Source: Octopus vulgaris | Taxonomy: Eukaryota | Direction of reading: 5' to 3' | Assembly: GCA_951406725.2 (NCBI GenBank) | Contig: OX597829.1 | Coordinates: forward strand, 21,700,001 to 21,764,000 | Length of the DNA stretch: 64,000 bases | Shown here: piece by piece, positions 38,451-52,299 of the stretch | Numbering within the stretch: the first letter of the stretch is position 1 | Layout: every line of letters begins with the position of its first letter | Position numbers and translations under genes: made by a program | The notes under the pieces: model-generated | What the model was told of the DNA's origin: nothing | Databases searched by the model: none | The model's input: only the letters and a program-made list of their open reading frames with translations

Positions 38451-39264
38451 TGTAGTGAAACGACCATACGTAAAGGAGTTGGTGACAGAAATATATCCCT
38501 TTAAACTTCGTAAGGTCACCCTACAGAAGAATATAGCCAAATACATGGTATAAAGAATAAGTCAGAGAATGATTAAGAAAGACAACACAACCGTTTTACA
38601 GATGTGTACATAGTGATAAGAAAGTGTGTGAGTGCTAGCAGGGTGTAGTGTCTGAGTGCTAGCAGGGTGTAGTGTCTGAGTGTGTGCAACAAGTGATTGT
38701 GTCTGTGTGTTCGTGTAAGTGTGTACAAAAGAACAAATAAGATGTATATGTATAAGACAAAATACAGAACATAGAAATGAGTCTCTCAGGATATTTCAGA
38801 CAAGATGGAGTTAATTTAGCAGTTCGTAGTAAGGTTACACGATAGTTGTAGTCCTGTACAAGAAGTTGAGGTCGCGAGGTAGAACCAGTTACTACACATG
38901 TTATGTAGAGGTTATGGCTATTATGCCATGCCGGGTTACTTGATACTGGAATTCTTGCAGGTAGTTCTGGACTGTTAACCTTGATGAAGTAGTCACAAAC
39001 AGTGAGAAGTTAACCTGGGTGAATGTTGTGTACATATTGTTGAAGTCGACGGTGGTAATGGCGATGGTGGAGAACGGTCCTGAGTTGTTCCATGTTGTCT
39101 GTTGCTGGAACTGGAACTGGCTGAGTCGCTCTGTGGTCAGAGGTTAGCCTTTAGAAGGACTGGAACCAAAGACCAAGATATCGTGAATGCTGGGGCCTTT
39201 TATAACATGCTAGAGGCTCCAGAAGAAAATCCAAAAGACTGTGTCACGTGATCTTATTGGAAGG
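38451..39264 (-). mobile_element. Probable partial LTR
   Basis: TATAAAAG on - at 39197-39204; ends ...CACTACA at 38451; interrupts a repeat that is contiguous at 49893-50650. Confidence 0.45.
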
Positions 39265-39470
39265 TTCTGCTCATAATCAGAGATGTACATATTGTCAGCC
39301 ACTTAGGAACATGCTCGACTAGTTAAGGTCAAGCAACTGACTAGCAAATCTGTGGTATTGAGCAGAATATTTGCCATTGTCTATCTTTTATACTAAGACA
39401 AAACAATATACATGATAACACTTCCAATCAGTTAAGACCAGAAGCCATGAGAGCCACTGCATCAGGGAAA

Positions 39471-41050
39471 TTATTATTATTATTATTATTATTATCATTA
39501 TTCAGTAGTCTTATTTTTATCACATGCTTTCCCTGTATTACTGAGTGCAGCTCTGTGTGCTGTGGTTTGTTGGCCTGCTCTTATTTTTACTGTATTGAAA
39601 TTGTTTTACATAAGATGTGTGCAGCATTTAGTAATACTATTTTTTGTATGCTATATATACTTGTTACTCCTGGTGTTTTTGTTATATGTTTGTCTGAATA
39701 TTTTTTATATCTAATGCACCTACTATGATAGGAATTGTTTCTGCCTTTAGACTTCACATTCGAGTTACCTCTATTTCCAGATCTTTGTATTTTGAAAGTT
39801 TCTCCATTTCTTTTAATGAAACATTGTCATCTGTTGGTATTGATACATCGATTAGAAAGCATGATTTTTGTTTATGATATCTGACAACTATATCTGGCCT
39901 ATTGGCCTTAATTTCTCAGTCTGTGTGTATTGGTGTATCCCAGAGTATAGTTGCTTACTCCTTTTCTTTGACCTTTTCTGGTGTGTGTGTATACCATCTT
40001 TTTCTGTTGTTATTCCATAGTGTTGACATAGTTTCCAGTGTATGTAGATCCCAACTCTGTCGTGTCTGTGAAAATATTCCTTCTTAGCCAGGACTGGGCA
40101 GCCAGAGACAATATGATTTAATGCTTCTTCTCCATCTTCACATATTCTGCAGTTACTTGTATTTCTTTTCATTACATGCTTTTGGTAATTTCTGGTGGGA
40201 AGGCTTTGATCTTTTGCTGCAGTTAAAAATCCTTCAGTCTCTGCTTTGAGTCCTGAGCTTTGTCTATTTCCTTCTGTTTAGTTTAACCCAGAACTTGCCA
40301 TGAAGGGGCTTTTCTTGCTATTGTTTTATCATGGTCCATTGCTGTTCCAGTTTTAATCTGGATTTCAGTTGTTCTATAGCTTTCATTGTTTCTTCTTTTT
40401 CTTCACAGTCGATAGGTATTGTGACTTCCTTTTTTGTATTTGTCAGCTTCCTTAAAGCGGGAAAACAGTTTTTAGTTTTGTTCATGTTTTGTGGCTGTTT
40501 GTATTACTTTTCCTTACTTCTGATGTAGATATTTCTGTAGTCTTATGGTGGTTATTTTGTCATAATTTTCTAGCTGTGTAATGCATTGGTTATCTAACTT
40601 GCTGGTGGAAGTTTATTTCACTGGATAATTGCAGTATAGAATGTCTTGTGTTCACAGGTTGTTTATAAGTGTTTCTTTGATAGTTTCTGCTGCACCACCT
40701 GGTGCACCTCCATATTCCTGAGATGTTTGTGGTCTGCATTCTTATTTTTATGGGGTAGATTAAAGGAGTCTAGTCTCCTCTTGTTGGTGGTGTACTGACC
40801 AGTTTGTCTTGTTATAGGATTTACTTTCTTGCTTCTTGCTATATTAGTGTGCATTCCGTTGTGTGTGTTGTGCATAATTCAAGTTCTGTTATTTTGTTAG
40901 GCTATGTATGGTATATTTTATGTGAGTTGTCTTGTTTTAGATTATTAGATGCTTGTTGTATGGAGTATGTATTGCGTGAAGCTCATCCTATTTGAGCCAT
41001 TCTATTGAATCATGAGCTATTCTTTTGAATTATGCAAGATATCTTGAGCA
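39471..41050 (-). mobile_element. R4/Dong-like non-LTR retrotransposon 3' part (CCHC knuckle and restriction-like endonuclease)
   Basis: CRICEDGEEALNHIVSGC, RHDRV, ILWD, NRPDIV, LIDVSIP, EKLSKYKDL, IPIIVGAL motifs; ends in (TAA)n; further fragments near 41130-41310(-) and 49430-49565(+). Confidence 0.88.
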
Positions 41051-41468
41051 AGATGTAGAACTATTTGGTGGGGCAGTGTGTAGTGTTGTGAGCACTGGTA
41101 TGGCTTAAACGTTTCAATATTCTAAAAATCATGTTTAATTATCCTGTTACTGGTGATACCATTTTCACCTTCAAGTGCTGCATCCTGTGTATTTCAGTTT
41201 CAAGATCCTTGTATTTTGACAGTTTCTTCATCATCTTTCAAGCAATGTATTTATCAAAAGGGATTGTAATGTTTATCTGAGGACATGTTTTTGTTTTTCA
41301 GTCTTTTATTATTTCTGTTTTTATGTTTTGAGTTCAAATTCTGTTGAGATTGACTTTGCCTTTCATCCTTTTGGGGTTGATAAAACAAGTACCAGTAGAG
41401 TACTCTGGTCAGTGTAATCAACTAATGCCTCCCCCAAAATTTCAGGCCTTGTACCTAGAGTAGAAAGG

Positions 41469-41516
<48 letters not shown>

Positions 41517-42350
41517 GAGTGAGAGAGCAGAGCATGCCATCAAAGTGACACTGGGGTAAAATATACGAAGCCCAGTATACCCAACATGACCACCCGTCTG
41601 ATAAGGGTACACCAGGCACATGCGTCACAACCATGTGTGCACGACAAAGTAATCTCGTATCAAGATAAAAAGCACATGACCTTGCAGATGGGGCCCAGTT
41701 AGAATTTTCTTCTGGACAAGTAGCCCATAAAGCTCAAAAAGTCCCTAAATAAGGATTGTTTAAGGATGTTGAATGAACCACCCATACCAAATCAGCTGTA
41801 GAAACCATACCAAATCAGACTGGAGTCTGGTGTGGCCCCTCAGCTTGCTAGCTCTGGTCAAACCACTCAACTCATGCTAGCATGGACAAGTGTTAAATGA
41901 TGATGATGATGATGATGATGATTATGATATATTACTGCCTTGTACTAAAATTTAAAACCTTTATCCTCATCATCATCATCATCATCATCATGATTCTATA
42001 TTCTAATGCAAATAATTAGTTTGCTTGTTTTTTCTTTCTTTTTTTTTTTACCTTTTGGTGACCAGAAGTGTTCATTCATTGGTCATTGATTGTATTGATA
42101 TCTATGGTGGAGAGGAAATAGCCAATTATTTTGACCCCAAAACTTGCCTCATACTATTTTATGAACTTGAAATGAATCTAAGATCAAATTGATCTTGATT
42201 TGTCAGTTCAGAAGATATAAAGAATCACATCTAATAAACTACAAGGCATTTTATCTGATGCTCTACCAATTCAGCGATTCTTCCAACCTACTGCTGACAG
42301 AATGATTAAATTCTACATTTGCTCCTATAATTCTTTATATCTTATTTTTC

Positions 42351-42500
42351 GAATCCAGGTGAAAAAATAATTACAGGAAAAAGTCACAGTGTTTTGTTCA
42401 TAGCTGTTTTGTCGGATGGGGGGGGTTATGCTATGGGGGTTTTGTCCAGGTCCCATAAATCAGTTGTGACTTTTTTCCCTGTGACTTTATTACCGTCACC
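42351..42500. mobile_element. MULE-like MITE (copy 1 of 3)
   Basis: GAATCCAGGT...AAAAGTCACAG and CTGTGACTTT...GTCACC ends shared with 50019-50220 and 56296-56477. Confidence 0.6.
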
Positions 42501-42671
42501 AATATTTCTTCTGTACATTAATTAACATTGTTGTTAATGTAATTAACCTCAGGTAAACGAACCACTTCTTTATATTTTATTTCATATGCTAATCTTGTCT
42601 TCCACGTAAGTTAATTTACAATAGTATATCTTGAAATTTAATTTCTTAAAATCATTTATATTATTTATTCT

Positions 42672-42937
42672 ATCTCTCCATGTGTCTAACACACGTGGAC
42701 ATGCCTACAAAGTCAGAAAACAGCACAGCTACCATGACTTTCGGAAACATTTTTTCACGCTCAGAGTTGCTGAAGCATGGAATAAACTGCCTGCGTCAGT
42801 TGTTGACTGCCATGACACTGCATCCTTTAAGGCCCTCATGCTTTCCGAAATCCGCCGAAACTACACCTGATTATATATACACTTTAGATGAGTTGTAGTG
42901 CACCTGAGCACTGTACACAATTATTATTATTATTATT
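42672..42937 (+). mobile_element. CR1-type LINE 3' end
   Basis: SNTRGHAYKV...RKHFFTLRVAEAWNKLPASVV...FK motif, short UTR, (ATT)n tail. Confidence 0.85.
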
Positions 42938-45900
42938 TCATTGACTGATTGACGCAAAAACAGAAGGGAGATAATTATAAATAGGGGAGATAATTATAAA
43001 TAGGTCGTCGTAACCTATTAAATCAAATTATTTACAAATCTACTGCGGGGAATTGAAATTAAATTACAGGAGAAAAGTTTAAGTTTCCGCTTGGGAAAAA
43101 AATTCACATTCGATTTAACTACCCTAATTAATAGCTGAAATAATCAAGTAAAACAAATTACATTTTAAATCACTCATTACTCCTTATAGTTACTTCCTAT
43201 ATCATTTACTCCTAATTTCTTTTTGTGTATTTTTGTTTTTTTAATGTGAAAATATTTAATTTTACGTAATTGATACAACGCAGTTAATTACATAAATATT
43301 CCACATTGAAATACAAATATAAATTCGAAGAAAACACAATCATGAGCAGAAAAAGAGAAGAAGAAAAGGACAAAGAAAAACGTCCTTTCAACATGATGTG
43401 GTTCGATCAGTTGCACCTCCCAAACTGAGATTCACCATTGCCCATGCATCCATCCATGTTCACGATTCACTCTTTTCCTTTTGCCCTCATCACTACTGTC
43501 TGTCACTCTCGTTTCCCACTCTCACAAACTTTCCTATCTGCCCACCCAGTCATCCATATTTCTCTGCCCCTATCCTTTCTCTGTTCAGAGAATACCACCC
43601 ATTCTTCTTTTCCTGTTGGTGCATCCATGAATCTCTTCTACATCAAATCACCTGTTCCTATCTTGCCTCTCTTCTTTAACCTCTCCACACGTGATACAAT
43701 GCTACCTCTCTACTCAATCAAGGAGTCATGTCTTGTGAGTCACTTGGTGACACCTGCTATCAATGGTGCCGCAAAAAAAGGCACCTATTACACTCTGTGA
43801 GGTAGTTGGTTATGTTATAAAACCAACCTCGAATATCAAAGTTTAAAAGGTTTTAATGGACTAAAATTACAGCAATATACAATACAAACAAAGATTGCTA
43901 AATTGTAAGCAAAACCGAACTTCAACGCAATAACATTTTTATGCAACAAGTTGCTACATTCTCGCCTAACTGAAGTCAACACTGAACACGTCGTGCCGCA
44001 AACAGAACAGAACTCCATGCAGTCCCACTGCAGGCATATAACAGCAATCAAGACAATCAAAATCACGTGATCAAAACTAAAATCACAACAGGTTAGAAAC
44101 CTTGCGAAAGCAACTGCTGAAGACCAATACCGCCCTTAGGTTAGTTGGAACCTGTTAAATGTCCAGCCTATGCCAACATGGAATCATCATCATCATCATC
44201 ATCATCATCGTTTAACGTCCGTTTTCCGCGCTAGCACGGGTTGGACGGTTTCGACCGGGGTCTGGGGAGCCAGGGGCTGCCCCAGGCTCCAGTCTGGTCT
44301 GGCAGTGTTTCTACAGCTGGATGCCCTTCCTAATGCCAACCACTCCGCGAGTGTAGTGGGTGCTTTTTACGTGCCACCTGCACAGAAGCCAGTTGGGGCG
44401 GTGCTGGCATCGGCCACGTTCGGATGGTGCTTTTTATGTGGGGGGGGGGGAGGGTGCAGAAATATAGGGGAGCACCAGTGGGGAAGGGTGTTCGGAATGT
44501 TCATGTACTTGACTCAACAGGTCTCCTCAAGCACAGCGGGACAATCTGGGATCCGGGCTACTTTGAATGGGCAGGGACTATGCGGAACTGATGCAGGAAG
44601 CAGCCCGGGTCTTTGCAGTTACAGCATGTGGATGCTAAATGATAATGATGACAATGACAATACAATGATAACAATTCTCCTTACCATTCCCTGTCTCTTA
44701 TTTTCCCATACACTTTTGCAAGTTTCACCCATCCCCAATCCTGGTTCTGCTGCTAATTATTTCTATTCACCTCATATCTTAAGGGTCCATACAGACTACC
44801 CAACATTTCTTTCTAAAATGTGAGTTAGAATGTAGTTCCTGTACAGCAAATAAAAATTGCCAGCATGGTCCCTTTTTCTCATACTTTAATCTTTCATCTT
44901 GTACTTGTTTCAGTCATTAGACTGCAACCATGCTGGGACACCACCTTGAAAAATTGTTTGTGAAATGAATCAACCCCAGTACTTATCTTTTAAACCTGGT
45001 ACTAATTCTATCAGACTGTTTTGGTGAACCACTAAGTTACGGGGATACAAACACACCAGCACCAGTGGTGCTGGGGTGAAAAATACAGACAGGAAGACAC
45101 ATATACACAAATAAATAAATATATATATATAAAATTTAAAATTAGCACTAAGCTTAAGGATGCACAAGGCATCAAACTGTATAGAAATAGGAGTCAAAAT
45201 CCCAAATCTACCACTGAAATCATCAGAATATGACAGAGACAACTGTAAGCGAGCAAACGGTTAAAGAATTAAACAATTAAAAACATACCATTAAAGATTG
45301 TCATTCAGATATTCATGTACCGTGGTTTGGGGTTCTGGCTCTTGGGCCTCAACCTCCATCAGCATGAATCATTCATGAAAATTACTAAATCCGTTATGTT
45401 GAACATACATACATATATAACATATATATATATACAAAGGTTAGTTTCCAGCTACCAAATCCACTCACAAGGCTTTGTTTGGCCCAAGACAATAGTAGAA
45501 GAAACTTGCCCAAGGTGCCATATAGTAGGACTGAACCTGGAACTATGTGGTTGGGAAGCAAGTTCCTTACCACACAGCCATGCCTGCACAGAAAAGACTT
45601 TTTGTGCATGTCTCTTCCTTCTTTTCTCATACTTTTTTCATACTTCAGTTTCAAGCAGGTCAATCTTTGCTACTTCATCTACATCACATGTCTCCCTTCC
45701 ATGTTCAGCAATTGGTACTTCTTTATGTAGCTGTCCTCATTCCTTTGCATCACATGACCAAACCAATGCAATGTTCTCTCCTCTGCACACCACATCTGGT
45801 GACTTTTAGGCTCAATAATTTTGTCTTTCTCTACCTCCTCTCACCCACTCTTTACCCAGCCACCCTCCTTGTTCACCTTGCAATATCTCTCATTAGTCAC

Positions 45901-48388
45901 CCACTTCATCCTTCCTGTCATTCTGTTGCTTCTTTCTTTTTTTCATTTAACAGCTTGTAACCAAAATAGCAACAACCTCTCTCCTTTCCTCCTTCCATGC
46001 TTCTTTCTCTCTCTCTCTCAGATAAAATATCGAGCCATTACATTCTTTGCTTTTCGTAGCAGGAAACTTGAGGAATTGTTAGTGCTTCAGTTGAAGTGTT
46101 TTATAGTAATTGTTCCTGGTATTTGCTTCCTGGGTTCTTAGAATATATATATGGATGGATGGACAGTCAGATGGATGGAAGGATGGATGGACAGAGAGAG
46201 AGAGAGAGTTAATCAGTTGCCTAGTTTAATCCCACTAGCTGGTTCTTGGGTTCTTTTAGGGGAAATTCACTCTGTTGCGAGCATTCATGTCAGGTCTTCA
46301 ATTTTGGAATAAATTCTTCCCATTTGTCTTGGAAAACCTGAAAACATAAAACAGAAAATAATGATATTAATAATAATGGTTTCAAATTTTGTAACAAGGG
46401 CAGCAATTTTGGGGAGGGGATGAGTCGATTGCACTGATCCCCAGCATTCAACTGGTACATATTTTATTGACTCTGAAAGGATTAAATTCAAAGTTGACCT
46501 CAGTGGAATTTGAAATCAAAGCCACGAAGCATTTTGTCTGTTATACTGCTACCCTTCACTTCAGAGATGATCTACCCACCTGATTGGCATAGAGTCACTC
46601 AGACATACTTTAAACTCTGGTCCACAGGTGTGCTGTTTCCTCTCACTGCTTTTTCTACTGATACGATAACGGTTTTCATTCCTGGGAACTGGCTTTTGCC
46701 AGGATTTCTCAATCCATTCGTCTCTCCTCTTTCCATGATTCTTGCACCTGATCCCACCCACCAAGCCCTGCAATAATTCCTATGCCCAGATCTTCTTTCT
46801 AAAAGCACCGGTTTTCTACAATTTCCTCCCTGATCATATCTTTCCTTATATGTAACTCCTAGTTTTGTCTGTGAGGTTTTGGCATCCTGAAATCAGCTTT
46901 CACCACTTCTGCCATCTTTTCTTTGGTCTTCTTTTTCTGTTCTGATATCCTGGTACTTCTTTGCTCAAATATTATCATCCATGCATGTCACATGTTCATA
47001 TCTTCACAATATCCCCTCTTCCACACTACAACTGATTCCTTTTATACCTTGTTTATCTCAAGGACATATGTGTCATCGCATTATTCATGCATTCTATCGC
47101 TACATATCCAGTGCAGCATGCTTCATTAAAGCAAAGTCTTTACTAAGTTCATTTTGAGGCCTCCCAATTCTAGGTTTTGCTGCTGTGTCTGTCTAGAATT
47201 TCTTTCACAAGTATTTCACAGATTCTGCTTTAAATACTACTTCATAGACATATTGGAGCCCCAATGGACAGTTGGCCTTAAATTCTTCTGGCATTGCTTG
47301 GAGAACTACAATAAAGCAGGACTGAGATTTGAACCTTGGCGAATGCATGCTCCATTCCTCACTGAGCTCATTACCAACTCTTTGCTGACTACATCCCTGA
47401 ATGTGGCTTGAATGTATTCTTTATTTTTTGAAGCTAGAAGGAAATATGGTTGGTATTTCTAATATGTAGAGTGACAACTGTATGGTGGCTCCTATATTGT
47501 TGGCTCTGTGTCAGGTGTGTTGTGAGACATTCAGGGTAAAGGGTAAAGAGCCCCTTTGGTCATGAATGACCATGTTATTGCAGCTAGAAAGTTCTCCTTC
47601 AAGGCATAAGTCTGGGTAAGGTTGTTTATGAAAGACCAGCAGTAACCCATGCATATGAGTCTCCCAATGCTATCCTAGGGAAAGGCAAAGTCTAATACAG
47701 CTTGGCACCAGTGACGTCACAACCCATTTCTGCCACTGATTGAACTGAAACAAGATGAAGTAAAGCGTCTTGCTCAAGAACACAATACACAGCCCAGTGC
47801 AGGAATCAAACTCATTACCTCCTTATTGTGAACCTAACATTCTAACCACTGAGTCATGCAGCTTCACATATTTTGTAGAATGATATATAGGTCACCTGTA
47901 TAGCTATTCTTAGGTCAGAGGTGAAGTATATTTGTTACTGAAATCTGTCATTTAAAAAATGGTGCACCAATGAATTACTGTATATTCAGAGTCAGGTTTT
48001 GTTGTTGTTGTTTTGATCAAACAGAATAATAACAACAGGAAATCCAGCTGTGGCAATCCTGTCCCTTACACAAATTCAAAGACAACATTATCTAATGTGT
48101 TCTTTTGATTTTTGATTTATTAAAAACGGTAGAGTAATATTTGACAGAGGCTTTGCTGCTATTTCTTGCAGCTTGAATGACTGCATCAGCCACTCAGGAC
48201 AAGGGTCTAAGTGTGTTGCTTTGATTAGAGAAATAGGTGATATTCTAGGATGAATAACATTGATAATATCCTCGCCACAAAATATCTGTGATTTTATGCT
48301 AATGTGAGAAATTCTAATACTGTCAAAGACTTAGTCTTTAAGTTAATGTGTTGCCTTATTACTTTCAAAACTGCAAATACATTTAAAC

Positions 48389-48730
48389 CAGGGATTCTCA
48401 AACAGGATCCATATAAAATTTTTGTGGGGTCCACACAAGCGAAATAGTAAATTGGGGAGCCTTGTTTTTATTTCAAGGTTCCATGAAAAAAATTTTGATT
48501 TAGATGTATTTATTGCAAGAATCAGTTAGGTTTCTTTCTCTTACATTTTACATATTTCCACATGTTTATGGTCACTCAAACCTACACGAGTGAACAAGTG
48601 AACATGGGATAAACAAAATAGGAATTTTGAAACAAAAATTAGTTTGTAAACATTGAATAGCTATGAGGGTCCACCTGAATAAAATAGTTATTAAATGGAT
48701 CTATAAGTAAAAAATGTTTGAGAACCATTG
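48389..48730. mobile_element. hAT (Charlie-like) MITE
   Basis: TIRs CAGGGATTCTCAAAC / GTTTGAGAACCATTG; perfect 8-bp TSD ATTTAAAC at 48381-48388 and 48731-48738. Confidence 0.88.
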
Positions 48731-49791
48731 ATTTAAACAATTGAGAAGGAATTCCAAATAAGAAAGGTCATATGTTGTCGCTGAAACTGCTAGAAATAAG
48801 AAAACAAATCTTCATTGACATCGTAAGGGAGGAAGGTAAAACTGGTTCACGTAGTCCTAGATATACTATGTCAGAAGGGAAGATAGTATGGTTGGTGCTG
48901 GAACAGTTGTGTTATATAGGGGTTGATTTATGGTTCAAGCACAACAGTAACAACTATAGTTGAACTGTATAGGACCGTAATATTAAATTTTTAAACCTTT
49001 TATTTATATATTTTTAAATCTCTAATTAATTTGAATATGAAAATAAATAGTGCAACCAGTCTCATTTAATTAAATAATTACTATATATTTCATAAAGAAA
49101 GATTTTTTTAAAAACAAATTAGGTTACGGTAACCCATAAATAAATTTTATTTGTATCTTAGCTCTAGTTCAGCTCTGAACCAGCGGAGTTCATCAAAGAC
49201 GTTTCTGCAATGACCATCGCTTCTTTTATTTAGACATTGTATATCTAAAATATATTTTTACATGTTTCTTTTATTTTAAAGCTGACAGAGTATTATTTTA
49301 AGACATGTTGAACAACTATCATATTGAACAACTATTAAAGAGCGCTCTCTAGATTTTCCTTTCCTATCTACACATGATAAATAACATAGTTTATATAATA
49401 GTAATAATAATAACAAAAATAATAATAATTGGAACACCTGGAATTATACTTAAAGGAGCAAACAAATATGTGGATCAAATTCCTGACAGTGCCAAAGTAA
49501 GTAAATTGTAAAAGATTCAACATTTGAGTACCACATATATTTTATACAAATTTCTCTCCATGTAAATAACATCTTATTCATTCAGTTTTATCATAAGTCT
49601 TTTTGTACACACAGACATCTGATTTTCAATTGCATGCCATCTCACCTATTTGCATTTTTGGATGCACAATCTTGTTGCATCTTGAAGTCTGTGGTTGAAA
49701 CTTCCATGCATCTTGTAAAATTAAGGCAATCCCAAAATATAATAATAATTATTATTATTATTTCTAGCAATAATAATAATAATAATGATGA

Positions 49792-49826
<35 letters not shown>

Positions 49827-49892
49827 GGATGAAAACATAACCTCCTTCCTTGGCAGAGGTAATAATCATAATGATAAAAACTGCTCTGAGGA

Positions 49893-50650
49893 AGAACCAG
49901 GCAGTGGCTCTCATGGCTTCTGATCTTAACTGATTGGAAGTGATATCATGTACATTATTTTGTCTTGGTATAAAAGATGGGCTATAGCAAATATTCTGCT
50001 CAACACTATAAATTTGCTGAATGCAGGTACAAAAGTCACAGGAAAAAAAGGCATGGTAATAAAGTCACAGGTGTTTTGTCTGGGAGGTGGTGGTGTCCAA
50101 GTGGTTTTGTCCTAGGGGGATTTTGTCCAAATCCCATGAATTAATTGTGACTTGTTTTCCTAGCCAAAATTGTGACTTTATTACTGTGACTTTTTTCCTG
50201 TGGTTTTATTACCAGTCACCAATTTGCTTGTCAGTTGTTTGAACTTAACCAGTTGAGCATGTCTCTTAGTGGCTGACGATATGTGCATTGCTGATTATGA
50301 GCAGAAGTAGTGGGGGAACATCATAGCCATGTGTTGAAAGGAAATCTTTGGGGCTTGAATAATCCAACCCTGGAAATCCTTAAGCAACTCTTATTCAGGG
50401 ACCTTTTGAGTGGGATGGGCTACTTGATCTGAAGAAAATTCTGAGCCTCAACTGCAAGGCCATGCGATGTTTATCTTGATATGAGATCACCATATCACAT
50501 ACATATGGTTGTGATGCATGTATCTGGTGTACCCTTATCAGACAGGTAATCATGATAGGTATACTGGGCATCTTATATTTTACCCCAGTATCACTTTGAT
50601 GGCATGCACTGTTCTCTCACTGACTAATAATAATAATAATAATAATAACG
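49893..50650 (+). mobile_element. Non-coding (TAA)n-tailed interspersed repeat
   Basis: Homologous to 38322-39465(-) and 41470-41790(-); all end in (TAA)n. Confidence 0.7.
50019..50220. mobile_element. MULE-like MITE (copy 2) with 8-bp TSD
   Basis: TSD AATTTGCT at 50011-50018 and 50221-50228; subterminal inverted GGTAAxAAAGTCACAGG. Confidence 0.72.
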
Positions 50651-51735
50651 ATGATTTCTTTGTTGACTACAAAGAGCTTACATTAAGAAAAACATTATGG
50701 ACATTACAGGACAAAACAAAGAATATGTGTGATTGTGTGTTGTTGTAAGGGTTTTGTGTGTAAAAAGGTTTAACATACAAAAAAACAAAAAAAAAACAAA
50801 GCAAAACAAAACATTTCAATGATGTATAGTCCTTAATATAGAGAAGACGAGGCTGCTCTTGGAAAAAATTGTATAAAACTACTGGTGCCCTGATTTCTGA
50901 GGTGCCTTTTCTCATTTCCTCTTCTCATGCCTTTTCTCATTTCCAATTATAAGCATTGCTCAGGGCAGGTCTGTTCTTGCCAAATAATAACGACAATAAC
51001 AGCAACAATAATGATGATGATTTCTTTTACTTGCCAGCAGGGTGACAGATGAGGTGCACATTACAAAGATGGACATGGAATGTAGAGAATTATAAAAATG
51101 GAATGATAGTGGTGCCTCCCACTCTTGACATTTTTGTTATTTCTCTGTTCCTCTCTTTCTGACAGAATAACCTTGTACCTCCTATTTCTGTCTCTCTGTC
51201 ACACTCTGACCTTTCATCATCTGACACAATATAACTTCCTCCAATACCCCCTCCCCTCTCAAGGGATCTTTGTGTTGCAAGGTACTTGGTGACCTAGCCT
51301 GTGCTGATGTCACATAATAAAAAAAACATCCAGTCCACACTGTAAAGTGGTTGGCATTTGGAAGGGCATCCAACAGTAAAATCCATGCCAAAATTGACCT
51401 CACCTGTGCTGGTACCACATAAAAAGCACTCAGTCCATTCTGCTGGGTGATTGGTGTTAGGAAGGGCATCCAGCCGAGAAAACCCTGCCAAAACAGACAA
51501 TGAAACTTGGTACCACTAGTGTGGCTTAGGGAGGGGGTAGGGTGGTTTGCCTTGGGTAGCACTTTTAAAGGGGCACCACTTTTGGGTCTGCTGTAGGCAA
51601 TATGTGTTTTTTGTTGGGTCTGTGGGCAGCAAACAGAAGGGCCACCCTGGGTGGCACACACTCTAGCTACGCTAGTGCTTGGTAGTCTTTTGCCTAGCCA
51701 ACTCCTGTCAAACTGTTCAACCCATGCTAGCATGG

Positions 51736-52002
51736 GAAAAATAAATACACAAATGCACCCTTTTAAAGCTTAGCCAGGCTCATGGGCCCGGTTTTCTGGT
51801 TTCTATGGTGTATGTGTTCCCCAGCTGGACAAGATTCCAGTCCATCGCAGCATTAATCATTTTTGCCAGCTGAGTGGACTAGAGCAATGTGAAATGAAGT
51901 GTTTTGCTCAAGAACACAATGCGTCGCCCGGTCCAGGAATCGAAACCACAATCTTACGATCATGGTGCTGACACCCTAACCAATAAGCCATGTGCCTCCA
52001 CT
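51736..52002 (-). mobile_element. tRNA-derived CORE-like SINE nested in a (GAT)n-tailed retroposon
   Basis: 9-bp TSD CTAGCATGG at 51727-51735 and 52003-52011; B box GGTTTCGATTCC. Confidence 0.8.
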
Positions 52003-52299
52003 CTAGCATGGAAGGCAGACTTTAAATGATGATGAAGATGACTCACCTTTCAATAAAATTCACTCAAGGACAGCACTCCCTCTCCACCAAAGAGGACTGT
52101 CTCTGTAATCGCACCTTTCAACCTTGTCCACTGAACAACCTATTTTGCTATAGCCATGAGACAATGGAAAACTGCCTTACTTGGGCAGTTAAAGAACACC
52201 AGTGGAGTAATCATCACTATGGACTCACCTGCCAGGCAGATCTATCACACACATGACAATAGCTGTACAGTATAACTCCACAAGTCAGCAATATCTGGA

